A stretch of 64,000 nt of DNA from Octopus sinensis (lineage: Eukaryota). Position 1 is the first letter of the stretch. Each line of letters begins with the position of its first letter. A model generated the notes under the pieces. The model saw only the letters and a program-made list of their open reading frames with translations. It was not told the origin of the DNA and searched no databases. The DNA lies in contig NC_042997.1 of the NCBI RefSeq assembly GCF_006345805.1, positions 131,626,001-131,690,000 on the forward strand, given 5' to 3'. This document shows, piece by piece, positions 26,190 to 39,121 of the stretch. Position numbers and translations under genes: made by a program.

Positions 26190-26850
26190 AGTGTATTATC
26201 TCAAGTGAGGGTGGGAGTAATTGAGGAATTGTGATGTCCATGCTTTTCTCAAATGCATTAATGGAAATCAACAGTTTATGGAAATCATGTTTATTACTGA
26301 AGGCAAATACACTCTCGGACCATTGTACTTTGTAAAGCATATAACAGGAGTAGCCAAGTTGTGATCTTGAATTGGGCAGAGGATGTATGGCCTGTGGTCC
26401 CAGCCTTGTATGAACCTTGAAACTAATGTTCAGGTCATTTGGCCAATGCTGGCGGTATATTCTCCACATCATACAATGATGTACCGCTTGCGGTGGTGCT
26501 GGAGAGAGTAGAGTTTCAAGGTTTTAAGGTGGTCCTAGTAATCGAGATCAGTTATACCTTCAATTCATTTAGTGAGTGCCCTCTGGGGTGGTTCAATCCT
26601 TGAGATGTTTTGTTTTGTATGAGGAGATCACAAGGGGCAGCAGTATTTGAGTTGTGGCCATACAAAGGAGGAGAAAAGTGGAATGATGACACCTTGTTCT
26701 CTGGATCGGAAGGTTCTTATGATTCAGGAGCTCATTCTACGAGCTATATCGACCTTATTGTTGATGTGGGAACTCCAACTGAGATTGTTATCAACAATTA
26801 CACCCAAGTCTCTTATATTATTAGACGCCATGAGCGGTTCCCTGGAAGGG
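26190..26850 (-). pseudogene. CR1-group LINE ORF2 3' relic
   Basis: Minus strand reads RDLGVIVDNNLSWSSHINNKVDIARRMSS*IIRTFRSRE..IPLFSSFVWPQLKYCCPL*SP...LKTLKLYSLQHHRKRYII; DLGV...LSW..H, LEYC..W and LKLYSL are CR1/L2 RT-thumb motifs. Confidence 0.85.
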
Positions 26851-27810
26851 AGTATGGCTGTTTTAGTATAGACTTTATTATTATAAAATTATGTTTATAA
26901 ATAAGAACATAAACTGCTACATAATTTTGCTCCATAAAGTGAATTGCTCAACCGTTTTGTTATTGTATTTCTTTTGTAATACATCAGCTTTGTTTCAATT
27001 AATTTTGAAAATGAAGAAGTATTTAGTAAAATAACTTTCTCAGTATTACATTAGAACATAAATTAACATGGAAGTTTCATGTAGATCTTTTAGTAACAGG
27101 AAATTTGTATCATGCAACCAGGAGCAGTCAGAGACTGGTATCAAAAGGGTTAATCTTTACTTGTTGAAGGTGTTTTTATACCCAAACCATTAAGCTATGT
27201 GCTTTTACATATATTGGATAATGTAGTCCTAAACACAATGGCTTCTATAAAACCTGGATTAGTTCGGGGCTATCATAGGACTAAAACAACAGCAACATTT
27301 AAACCTTGAAGTTGATTTGGTCTTAGGTCTGTTATGAGCCTTCAGGTTCATTAAGCTGAAGCTTATCCTGGTTTCTTGGCATATAAATAATTAAGAGTAC
27401 AATACTCTCTGCTGAATGGGGTGCCAGTCCATGACAGGGTTAACTCTCTGTTATTGTTGGTATACATCTTTCATTTTAATGGACTGAAGCAACATGAAAT
27501 GAAGTGTTTTGCTTGAAAACACAACACACAGCCTTGTCTGGGAATCAAAACTACAGTTTTATGATCTTAACTCCAATCACTGTACTATACACCTTGAAGC
27601 AAATAATGACCCAAAATTCACTTAGTCATGAGGATTTATGAAAGACATATTTATCTTGTGATAGGAAGTTAGGATAAACCAACATAGATTCTGGTTGCTT
27701 CCACAAACCTTTTAGAATGCTTAAACTCTGCATTTACAAACTAACAAGATTCTCATCAGATATGCAATTAACTTGCATCTTACATTAGTGTGTTGTACTT
27801 CCCCATCTAG

Positions 27811-27858
27811 GTGGATATAGGCCACCAAGAGGTCACAGAAACTGAAGTCTTGCTGAAA
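27811..27858 (+). CDS. candidate 48-nt exon E (VDIGHQEVTETEVLLK), phase 0->0
   Basis: GTGTTGTACTTCCCCATCTAG acceptor, AAA|GTAATA donor, only frame 0 open, 305 nt upstream of exon B. Confidence 0.4.
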
Positions 27859-28163
27859 GTAATATTATTAATCAAATTTCTAGTTACTAAAAGAACCATT
27901 TCAGTTACCAATTTGTTTTTTTGTTTTTTTTACTTCTTTAAACATGTTATTGTAGTGTTTAGCTGACACATAAGCCTGCTTGTCTCTTCATCTGTCTTTT
28001 CTTTTATTTCTTTTCTCTCTCTCTCTCATTCTTTCCTTTATTCCCCATATTAATATTTCCCTATGATAAAGGCTTTGATTATTCAAACTGTTGCCCCACA
28101 TATATACTTTCTTGAAATTTCTGTCACCAAAAGTAGAAAATTTACATAAAGGAATCCTTTCAG

Positions 28164-28203
28164 GCAGACCGAGTTCCATACGGTTTGGTCGAAGAGCAGT
28201 TAA
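28164..28203 (+). CDS. 40-nt exon B (ADRVPYGLVEEQL), phase 0->1
   Basis: CCTTTCAG acceptor, TAA|GTAAGA donor, CpG-containing coding-like island, TGCATG at 28237 downstream. Confidence 0.5.
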
Positions 28204-28783
28204 GTAAGAAGAGATAAGTGCTTGCTAATGTCTAAATGCATGACACAGCATTAATGTATGCACTTACACATGAGCATCAGTAAATGCATCCAGCAATGAA
28301 TAGACAATCATTATTACTAAGTATCAACTTAACCAGAGCTACTATTATGTCTATTGTCGAGGATTTAGGAAGGTTTCACATGCACACATAACTATTGTGT
28401 GTGTTTCTATATATGTGTTTATGTGTGTATATAGATAGATAGATAGATAGATAGACAAACAGACAGATTGATCTATAGTGTGTCTGCTTGCAAAATGGAG
28501 AAAAAGTCATACAAAATACCATTTCTGAATTTTTCTGTTTCTATTTTCCATGAAGACTTTACACACAAAATCAGTGATTTGATTATATTTTTTCCTTTTT
28601 TTTCTTTCTTTTATCATTATTTTTTTGTCTTTTCTGGGTTTTTCCCTCCCCACCACCGACCACTCCTTTTCCTTCTTTGGTTTTTTATTTTCATTCTTGT
28701 TTCTTTCTTGCCTGTGAAAATTAACATTTCTACATCACTGCTAGTTAGTTTTGCCTTCAACAACTGTATCTTTTGTCCTGCAG

Positions 28784-28811
28784 TGTGGATATAGTATAGA
28801 TATATGTGTAC
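28784..28811 (+). CDS. candidate 28-nt exon F (CGYSIDICV), phase 0->1
   Basis: ATCTTTTGTCCTGCAG acceptor, TAC|GTAATT donor, frame 0 open. Confidence 0.3.
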
Positions 28812-29516
28812 GTAATTATTTTTTTTTTCTTCTTACTGAGCTTAGCTTTCAAAGACTGTGGATAGCTATTTTCATATATATATATCAGTGTATGTGTATA
28901 TATATATATATTGTAAGGAAGATATGTATGTAAGTGTATGTTAGTCCAAGTGTGCATATGTACATGCAACAATGCAAAATTTTAATCAATAAGTATCCAG
29001 TAGAAATATGACTCATGATAAATTTGTAGCATAACTGTAGTAAATGAAAAATTGCAGGTTGCTACAAACATGGAATGCTTAAGTATTCAAACTATTTACT
29101 CAACACAGCTCATAAAATTTGGCTATAAAAATGTAATTGTTAAGAATTTAAGAATATTAAGGAATACTGTTTTCTTATAGTCTGTTTGTTTGTTCAATTA
29201 TGCTAAATTGTCAAATTATTTTGCATTAATAAAAAATGTTGTGTAGTTAAGAAGCTTGCTTTTCAATCTTGTGGCTTTTGGTTCAATCCTACTGTACAGC
29301 ACCTTGGGCTCTGGAAAGAGCAAACCCTTGTGAGTTTGGAAACTAAAAGAAGCTTATAATATAGGTGTCTGTGATTGTGTACTCTTGTCTACTCTTTTAC
29401 TTGTTTCAGTCATTTGATTGTGGCCATGCTGGAGCACTGCCTTTAGTCGACCAAATTGACCCCAGGACTTATTCTTTGTAAGCCTAGTACTTATTCTATC
29501 GGATACAGGAAGATAC

Positions 29517-29680
29517 AGTGAGAGAAAGAGTACAACAGGGGTCGCCACCACTCCCTGCCAGAACCTCATGGAGCTTTAGGTGTTTTCGCTCAATAAACAC
29601 GCACAACACCCAGTCTGGGAATCGAAATTGTGATCCTCCAGCCGCGAGTCTGCTGCCCTAACCACTGGGCCATTGCGCCT

Positions 29681-29681
<1 letters not shown>
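29517..29681 (-). mobile_element. SINE family 3, 5' part
   Basis: Reverse complement of the head of the 45501 and 59418 copies. Confidence 0.8.
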
Positions 29682-29714
<33 letters not shown>

Positions 29715-30913
29715 GGCATGGATATATGGTTAAGAAGATTGCGTTCAAACCATCTTGTCTTTGAATCTGTGCTGTTGCTGTGCATCTTGGGCAAGAGTCT
29801 TTTAGTATAGCCCTAGGCTGTCTAAAACCTTGTAAGTGGATTTGGTAGATGGAAACTGTATGTCTAGTGATGAGGAAATATTACTTTGCTGGAAATGGGT
29901 GAGTGTTGGTTACAAGACAGGCATCCAGCTATGTAAAATAATCTCAACAAATTCTATCCAACCCAAGCAAGCATAAAAATGTACTTTAAAATAATAATAA
30001 TAATAATTATTATTATCATTGTTATTTTTTATATGCATATTTAAGTATATATTTAATAGCTTCACAGTGATCAATGCATTAAAGTACAGATAAAATAATG
30101 TCATATAATATACATGCAGAATACAATAGGAAGCATGTATATTAATGTTAAAATACATATCAACTCACTCACAAACACATGTGCGCACATCACAATGAGA
30201 AATGGATGTTAGATGGAATCCATTATAGTAGATTTATGAAAAAATTAATAAGACAAGCTCAAAGAATGTTAGGTTCCACAGATGCTATGATGAAATACCA
30301 AGATATATGAGCAAATGGTGTATTCATCCAATTCCAGTTCAATTAGAATAAAATGGACATTAAAACAGTGACGATGATGAAGTAGTTTATTTGATTTCAC
30401 TCTTCAAGAAAATATATTAAATTCTTGACAACCTTGCATATAGTCCATAAAATCAATATCAACCACAAGAGACTGTCCTTGCCATTAACTTTTACACATT
30501 TTATGTATGACTTCAAGAGTCTTACACCACAATCATTCATTTACAAAAGTACATACTCTCAGAAGTTTCTGATGTATTTCTCTGGAATTCCCCAACAAAT
30601 TTCCATCAGCTCTGTATTGTTTTTCTGTTTTTGTATCCTCTAAGTGTTCTTAGTTAAAATATTTATTATATTAATCTTCACAATATCAATGCCGACAAAT
30701 ATTTATATTTCATTTTTTCTCTTTTTCTTATTGTTTTTTGCTATATTCTTTTGATGCATGCTTGTACAAATCCAACACTAATGCACACACATATGCATAA
30801 ATATAACCTAACAGTTTTGGGTTCAGGAATGCTTTAATATATCTTGTGCAGATGTCTTCCAATGTAACCTCAGGCCAACCAATGCCTTTTAAATGTATTT
30901 GACAGATGGAAAG

Positions 30914-30953
<40 letters not shown>

Positions 30954-30977
30954 CCCTCCATATATATGTATACATGG

Positions 30978-31376
30978 GTGCAGGCATGGCTGTGTGGTAA
31001 GAAACTTGCTCCCCAACCACATGGTTCCTGGGCCAGTCTCAATGCGTAGCACCTTGGGCAAGTGTCTTCTACTATAGTCTCAGGCTGACCAAAGCCTTGT
31101 GATTGGATTTGGTAGATGGAAACTGAAAGAATCCCATCACACACACGTCATTGTGTGCCTGTCTTTGTGTCTCTCTTTGTCCCATCATTATCGCTTGACA
31201 ACTGGTGTTGGTGAGTTTGCATTTCCATAACTTAGTGGTTTGGCAAACAATCAATAAAATAAGAACTAGGTTTAAGAATAAGCCCAGGGATTGATTTGTT
31301 AAAAAAAGCACTTCAAGATGGTACGCTAGCATGGCCACAATGAAATGACTGAAACAAGTAAAAGAATAAAAGAATA
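30978..31376 (+). mobile_element. SINE family 1, older subfamily
   Basis: Collinear and diverged. Confidence 0.85.
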
Positions 31377-31748
31377 TATGACAAAAAAAATATGGACATT
31401 GACTTTGTACTCCTTTAATTCATCTACTACATATGTTTGATCATTCTTGTCAATTGTCTCACAGTGTTTTCGTTTATCATGCTGGCACTATGAGGTGCAT
31501 CTACTGATTGCATCTGTTGTGTGATGTCATGTATTGCCTGATACTGAAACATATGTAACATGTGAAGTAAAGGTATACCTACTCAATACCCATGTTCTTT
31601 TTCTTTTATCATTACTGTGTTGTTTGTATTATGTCATTGCTTGTCTTTGACTGCAGAGGACCCATGTGAACACACAATGGTGGAAGTTTAATGTGATTAA
31701 CATTAAAGCCAAAACCTGAATAAGATAATTATGTGTTGAGCACATACA

Positions 31749-31782
<34 letters not shown>

Positions 31783-32041
31783 TTTCTCTCATCTTGACAA
31801 TTGTGTACTGATTGCAAGCAGTCACCATTCATACAAATGGTGCCGTTTGTTTGCAATCTTCTGTGAAAACATGTCCAGTCATTAGACTGTCCATTGTTTG
31901 GAGGGATAAAGGAAATATTAACTTGCTTGGAAACAAGGAAGGGTTGGCAACAGAAAAAGCATCCAGCCATAGAAAATATTCCTTAAGCAAGTTTCATTGG
32001 ACCCATGGAAGTCTGGAAAATTGGACCTTAAGATAATGATG

Positions 32042-32076
<35 letters not shown>

Positions 32077-32303
32077 CACACACACACACACACAGACCAT
32101 CATAGGTTTAAGAACAACAATTAACATTTACATTCAAATCTTTAATAGAAATCGACTCATTCAATGGACTGGTGGGCTTGATTTCATATGTATTTGTGTG
32201 TGTGTGTATGCACAAATGGCAAGATGGTTGGTATGTCAGAGAATTTGTGCAGCCAATGTAAGTATGGAAAAATGGAAGTAAAAATGAGCATAATGATGAT
32301 ATA

Positions 32304-32523
32304 TAAGCAGTTACTGAAAAGTTCCTGGCTTTAGGGGTATCACGAAAGGCTTGGTTGGAGGCCCAACTTTCTGTGTTCTTTTACAGGGCTTAGAAAAAAT
32401 GAAGGGCTGCTGCAATAAGTGTGTGTGTGTGTCTGAAATGGGAATATGTTGAATAAAATCATAGTTTACTGATCCTCCTGTATTTTCTTTTACCCAAAGC
32501 TAGGAACTTTTCAGGAACTTGTA
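32304..32523. mobile_element. Tc1/mariner-like MITE
   Basis: AGTTACTGAAAAGTTCCTGGCTTT / AAAGCTAGGAACTTTTCAGGAACTTGTA inverted ends bounded by TA. Confidence 0.7.
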
Positions 32524-33174
32524 CGTTCTTATTTTATCTCACTAATGTTTTGGGATGATTTATCAGTGGTATTCTCAGGGTCTTAGCATGTTTTGGATCT
32601 TTCAACATCAAACTTTGTTGCCCATTTGACCCAGACAGGACTGGTATAGTCCTAGCTTGCATCCCAGAAGTAACAATCCACAGGGATGCCCTCTTTATTC
32701 AGAGCCATCTTGTGGCTTTTTTTTTACAGTTTTGGTAATAAAAGATATACCCCCCTCCCTGCCAACTCTTTACTGCTCTTGCAATACATATATAGTATAC
32801 ATAAATACATACATACACACACTTCTCATATTGATTTCAATTTGATTGCTTTCTTTTCAAAATTGCTTCATTAATAATAAAAAAATAACAATTAGAAAAT
32901 TTACAGTAATAACCATAAATGAGGAAATAAAAATTGGAGCACGATTCTTGATTCCTGTATTAGTGACCAGTTGATTGGCAGTGGTTCAGCTTGTTATTGG
33001 TTGATCGTTTTTTTGGTTGTTATTTTTTTTTCCTCTATGGTCATATTTAATTAAAGTTGTTACATTATTCAAGAACATATTGATAACATTAATTAAACAT
33101 TTACTGTCTGCAGTAAATCAATGTAATAGTGTACAAGATTTATTAGTAGTTCTGTACAGTTGCAGAGGATAAAT

Positions 33175-33209
<35 letters not shown>

Positions 33210-33526
33210 AAGAGATAGATTAATATATGTTTAGTCTATATAGTAACGAAGTAGTGATTGTAGTAGTGGTGTGGTGTATATAATAGTATTGTAGTGAATA
33301 TATTTGTAGTGTAGTGTTTTCTCTGGTCAGATCTGGTGGAGCAACCCTCTAGCATGCAGGTAGTTAGTCAAGCAACAAAGTTTCACCCACTGGGCCACCT
33401 TCCTTGTGATACATGTTTCTCTGAAGGGTAACTCTATCCCTTGTTATTGTTGACTTCTTTTCACTTAATGTAAACCCCAACTTTCTGTTTTGAACAACAA
33501 CAACAATAATAACCCTTTCTACTATA

Positions 33527-33930
33527 CGTACAAGGCCTGAAATTTTGGGGGAGGTGACTCGTTGATTACATCGTCCCCCAGTGTTTCACTGGTACTTAAT
33601 TTATCAACCCCAAAAAGGATGAAAGGCAAAGTTGACCTTGGCGACATTTGAACTTAGAATGTAGCAGCAGGTGAAATACCACTAAGCATTTTACCTGGTG
33701 TGCTATTGATTCAGCCAGCTCACCACGGTACCAACAATAGTAATGTAATCCTTTCTACTATGGGCAAAAGTCCTGGAATTTGGGGAGAAGGGTTGATATT
33801 TCATTGACCTTGAAAGTATGAAAGGCAAAGTTGACCTTAGTGGAATATGAACTCAGAACATGAAGACCTGGAAGAAGAAATGCTACTAAGCATTTTGTCT
33901 GGATATACTAATGATTCTGCCAACTCTCTG
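33527..33930 (-). mobile_element. two family-4-related SINE copies (variant tail)
   Basis: GAAAGGCAAAGTTGACCTT...GAACT(T/C)AGAA...CTAAGCATTTT...GCCA(G/A)CTC, present twice. Confidence 0.75.
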
Positions 33931-34333
33931 CCTCAGTAATAATATTAATGATTGAGATGGTGATAACACTAATTCTTGATATCATTATAAAAAAAAAAAA
34001 TTGGTGCTTGTGAATCTGTTGAGAAGGAAAAAATTGTTACTTGCATTAACATTTTACACACACACATACATATTTAGTGTGTGGTGTATTTGTAAATATT
34101 ATTATGCACATGGTGAGTCTAGAAAGTAAAATGAACTCAATACCTTTGGTAGAATAAATATTTAATATATTTGTTGCAGTTCTTTTAGCTTACCACATTC
34201 CATTACTCAGTTTTATGTCTATATACATACACTTTTGAATATCTGTGTTTACAGAGAATGTTTATATATATATCTTTAAGCTAGTGTTTTGATTTAAATA
34301 TTTACCAAATATATTTCTCATTGTTTGTTCCAG

Positions 34334-34396
34334 AAACAGTCCACTACCACCCTGCTCCGGATATTGGGGCACCAGATTTAAGACAAGAAGCAGATG
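34334..34396 (+). CDS. 63-nt exon C (TVHYHPAPDIGAPDLRQEAD), phase 1->1; best-supported exon
   Basis: TTTCTCATTGTTTGTTCCAG acceptor, ATG|GTAAGT donor, GC-rich island in AT-rich intron, length divisible by 3. Confidence 0.75.
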
Positions 34397-36204
34397 GTAA
34401 GTCTATCTTATGTTTAACCTAATTATTGAAATTATGCTAGCCTAATGAAATTTTATTTTATTTGTTCTAGTCTCAGGATTTCTTGAGCATTATCTCAACA
34501 ACAAACTGACCCCAGTACCTTTTTCAGCGGGGGGGGGGGGGCTGGTACTTATTCAGTCAGTCCCATATACTAAAATCTTAATTTATGGGGGTTGTAAGCA
34601 AACCAACATCAGTTGCCAAGCAATGGTGGAAGACCAACACAAAGACACACACATAGAACATACAGGAATGTAGCGCCTAGGTAGGCAAGGTAGGTAGTGC
34701 CTACCTTAAATAAAATAGATCGATAGCAGTATGTTTTTTTTCTCATGGCAAAATATGCACCTAATTCAATAAAATTATGAAGGTTAGTCTGATTACGATG
34801 CATAAAATGCAAAATGTTTTATCTTTTTGTAGATTAGGTAGGCATAATTTGCCGCTGCTTTTCAATCTCAGTATTTTAGTTATGCATAATACTGCTGCAG
34901 TACACATGCAGTGTGCACTCCTACAACACTGTTTTCTTTACATGCTATAAAGGCAGAAGTAAATCTGCCTTCAACTTAGTCGTGCGCCTGTGTTTCGCTT
35001 ATTCTTTGTGTGTTTTACTACATAAGTGTCACCAACTGCCTACCCTGAGTAATTACTGACAGCACATGCCTGATATTTATATATGGATGATGGGCTTGTT
35101 GACCATTTCTGCCAACCAAATTCACTCTCAAAAGGACTTGCCCAAGATATCTCACAGTGGGACTGAACTTGAAACCACATGGCTGCAAAGTGAGCTTCTT
35201 AACCACACAGCCATGCCTACACCCATATATTTTTACTTTTGAATTTTTACTCTAGAGGGAAGGCAGTGCTTATGACCCTTTACTGAGCCTCTGAAACCTG
35301 TGGAAAGGGGAGAGGAATGTATCCTCAAACTGACGACTAAGCCTGAATGTTTTCAGCAAAGTGAACTACACTAAAGATACCCAAGAACAATGTAATGTGG
35401 TGGTGGTGTTAAACCAGAGGGTGGTTTAATTCCACCATCCAAGTAGGCTGCACTGGATTAACCATTAAGCAAAATAAGCACATGCTTCGGGCATCAAGGG
35501 AAGGGGAGGGGGCACTACAGAAATGATAAATGGCTTACAGCACAAAAGAAATCACTTTAAACTTGCTAAAATAATATTTGAGATGCCTTTATGTGTTACC
35601 TAAGATTAATTTTGAGGATCTGACTTTGCAATTCAAAAAAGTAGGTGGAACCTTTTCAAATATAAATAAAGTGGAAGTATACTAAAATAAAGATTATTTT
35701 TCCTCTTACTATATTATGTTTTGTTTTGAAAAATGAAATTTTATTTTATAGTTTGTTATTGTTTATATTTTGAATTACATTCATAAAATAAGGATAAAAA
35801 TCATGTTAATGATAATTATCAGGCTGTCAGCATGGAAATAGGCAGTTTATATATATACATACATACATGCATATATATATACGCGTAGAAGTGACTGTTT
35901 GGTAAGTAGCTTGCTTCTGAACCACATGGTTCTGGGTTCAGTCTAACTGCGTGGCACCTTGGGCAAGTGTTTTCTACTATTGCCTTCGGGCTGGAACTTG
36001 GCACAGCACTGTGGATCAGCAGATCCTATCAAACTGTTCAGTCCATGTCAGCATGGAAACTGGACATTAATGATAATGATGATTAAAACTGACAGAATTG
36101 TTTGTGCATTGGACAAAATTCTTAGCGGCATTTCTTCCAGATGTATACATTCTGAATCCAAAGTTTCCGAGGTTGACTTTGTCATTCATCCTTTTGGATT
36201 TCAA

Positions 36205-36437
36205 GGCGGCGAGCTGGCAGAAACGTTAGCACACCGGGCGAAATGCTTAGCGGTATTTCGTCTGCCGCTACGTTCTGAGTTCAAATTCCGCTAAGGTCAA
36301 CTTTGCCTTTCATCCTTTCGGGGTCGATTAAATAAGTACCATTTACGCACTGGGGTCGATATAACAGACTTAATCCGTTTGTCTGTCCTTGTTTGTCCTC
36401 TCTGTGTTTAGCCCCTTGTGGGTAGTAAAGAAATAGG
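36205..36437 (+). mobile_element. SINE family 4, monomer
   Basis: GGCGGCGAGCTGGCAGAAACG...GTAGTAAAGAAATAGG. Confidence 0.9.
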
Positions 36438-36880
36438 ATTCAATAAAATAAGTACCAGTTGAGCACTAGGAGTCCTTCCCTGAAAATTGCTGGCCTTGTG
36501 CCAAAATTAGAAAGAATTATTTTAAAGACACTGATACATCAGTAATGATGAGTTCTATGACTTCAATAACAACAAAAATTTTCACACTTCAAAGCTGAAT
36601 AAAGCTTTTTATCATAAAATACAAGTTTTTTTCTCATCCCCACCACTCCCTATTCACTTAGTGTGTTTTTACTTTATGTTCAATTCCACTGACAGCTTTT
36701 CAGAAATAACTAAGCTGCTTTTGTTTCTTGTAATATTACCTTACTGCATTCATAAAGTATAATATTTTCATTGGTAATGACAAGTTTGTTTTCATTCATT
36801 TTTCTGCTTTGTATTTTACTCAATTGATAACTTGCTATTTATCAAAAGTTTTTTTTTTCTTTTTTTCATCCGTATTACAG

Positions 36881-36970
36881 AATGATTTTATGATGTGATT
36901 GTTTTGTCCAAGACTTGTTTTCTCTTATATCATAACTACACATTTCAATAAACATTAAGTGTGTACAAAA
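36881..36970 (+). CDS. candidate alternative last exon (adds E* after exon C) with short 3'UTR
   Basis: TTTTTTTTTCTTTTTTCATCCGTATTACAG acceptor, G|AA TGA, AATAAA about 65 nt downstream. Confidence 0.35.
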
Positions 36971-37305
36971 AAACAATTCTCTTCTTCAACATTTTCTCTC
37001 TCCTACTGCATTAAAATGCAGGAGATTACTTTGTTAGTTGTTAAATCCCAGCCAGTTTTAATATAGGTCAGATCTTATTGAGTGGACTATTCATGACCAC
37101 CCCATCTTATTGTATATCAGTAACAAGATTGTCCAATCTTTCCTTCTCTTTTTAAGATGGTCGAGTGTGATTTTGAGTGAATTTGGCTTCTATTTCTAGT
37201 AGGTCATGCAACTGTATAAGAGTTCTTTTATTAGCTCATGTTAAAAGGGTTATATATTTATTCCCTAGTAATTTATATCCCATCAGATCCTTAAACCAAG
37301 CAGTA

Positions 37306-37342
<37 letters not shown>

Positions 37343-37591
37343 ATATATACATAAAAAAGCAGATAAACAAAGCTTGATGAGTATGTTTGCAAGGAGTACA
37401 AATAAACAAAAGGCATTATATAATAGTCATATTTTTTAACATTTGTTTCAGGGGAACCATGGCTTTTACCTTAACCACATCTATTATAAAATAGAGACTC
37501 CTAATGGAGCAACATGAAATTTTATAGATCTGTAAGACAAAGCCATGTTACCCCCATCAGGAGAATCTGGTTAAAAGGTTAATGCTTTACT

Positions 37592-37819
37592 TTAACTCTT
37601 TAGCATTCAGATTACTCTGTCAAATGCTCTGCTTACTTATTCATATTGCTTTGAATCAACCATGCATTATCTTGTAGCTAAGACATTTTCATGATGTGAT
37701 TATTTAGTTTTAGAAAGACATTGTAGGTTAGGTGTGAGAGGCTAGATATGGCCAGTTTTAACATAAAACTGGTAGAATATTTAGGCCGGATATGGCCTGT
37801 TTCAATGCTCAAGGGTTAA
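37592..37819. mobile_element. piggyBac-like MITE family 1
   Basis: TTAA-CTCTTTAGCATT...AATGCTCAAGGG-TTAA. Confidence 0.85.
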
Positions 37820-37858
37820 GGCACTAAGCTGGCAGATTGGCAGAATCATTAGCATATA

Positions 37859-38255
37859 GGCATAGGAGTGGCTGTGTGGTAACTAGCTTGCTTACAAATC
37901 ACATTGTTCTGGGTTCAGTCCCACTGCATGGCACCTTGGGCAAGTGTCTTCTACTATAGCCTCAGGCCGACCATAGTTTTGTGAGTGGATTTGGTAGACA
38001 GAAACTGAAAGAAGCCCGTCGTATATATATATATGTATGCGTGTGTGTATATGTTTGTGTGTCTGTGTTTGTCCCCCCAACATAGCTTGACAACCAATGC
38101 TGGTGTGTTTACATCCCCATAACTTAGCAGTTCGGCAAAGAGACTGATAGAATAAGTACTAGGCTTACAAAGAATAAGTCCTGTGGTCAATTTGCTCGAC
38201 TAAAGGCAGTGCTCCAACATGGCCACCTTCAAATGACTGAAAGAAGTACAAGAGA
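37859..38255 (+). mobile_element. SINE family 1, full length
   Basis: Collinear with other copies. Confidence 0.9.
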
Positions 38256-38705
38256 TATCAGTAAAGATTCTTCATGACATTTCTTCTGCTTTTAGCCAGA
38301 ATCTCCTGATGAGAGTAACATAACTTTGCCTCATGGATCTATTAGAATTCATGTTAATCCATATACCTACAACATTATGAGTCTTTATTAAACTCTAGAT
38401 ATGTTCATAGCATAAGTCATGGTTCACCTGAAACAGCAGTCGTGTTGCATTATTTGTTTTGTTTATTTGTATTCCATGTATGTATACTCATCAATCCGAC
38501 TTGTGCTTATCAGCTGTTTTATTTCTGTATCCGCTCAACAAAGATCATTCTTAGAGTAAACTTTCTACACTGAGTCTCTTGTCCTGGATGAAGGAGTTGG
38601 AATTTATTTTCTCATTTATAGTACAAAATGCATGCACACACACACACACACACACACGTGTTTGTGTCTGTATGTGCATCTAGGCTGGCCAATTATTCTT
38701 ATGTC

Positions 38706-39121
38706 TTATTTCTTTATTGCCCACAAGGGACTAAACATAGAGGGGACAAACAAGTACAGACAAAGGGATTAAGTCGATTACATCGACCCCAGTGCATAAC
38801 TGGTACTTAATTTATTGACCCCGAAAGGATGACAGGCAAAGTTGACCGTGGCGGAATTTGAACTCAGAACGTAACGGCAGACGAAATACCTATTTCTTTA
38901 TTACCCACAAGGGGCTAAACATAGAGGGGACAAACAAGGACAGACATAGGTATTAAGTCGATTACATCGACCCCAGTGCGTAACTGGTACTTAATTTATC
39001 GACCCCAAAAGGATGAAAGGCAAAGTCGACCTTGGCGGAATTTGAACTCAGAATGTTATGTCAGACGAAATACCACTAAGCATTTCACCTGACATGCTAA
39101 CGATTCTGCCAGCTTGCCACC
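38706..39121 (-). mobile_element. SINE family 4, dimeric body
   Basis: Same duplicated 3' unit and junction as 8191-8606. Confidence 0.9.

Noticed and set aside
28164-28203. RFamide neuropeptide precursor (PSSIRF-GRR)
   Set aside because: Single motif in the alternative frame of a 40-nt exon; no repeated peptides or signal peptide seen.
31657-31691. Alternative last exon EDPCEHTMVEV*
   Set aside because: Strong acceptor, but two frames fit equally and there is no independent support; long T-rich acceptors are common here.
16783-34396. Naming the gene as CaMKII (GLVEQ, SLLNKK, IEDED..KAR look-alikes), Slo/BK (HHPAP) or GluN1 (YHPTDI)
   Set aside because: Only 4-6 residue resemblances; exon order and phases do not fit; the required downstream domains (CaMKII hub, RCK2) are absent.
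34660-34860. Harbinger/hAT-like MITE
   Set aside because: Inverted ends too degenerate to delimit with confidence.
37157-37170. Last exon DGRV*
   Set aside because: Lies in a degenerate repeat (GATTTGGC..CTATTTCT(A/T)GCAGGTC) also seen near 22430.
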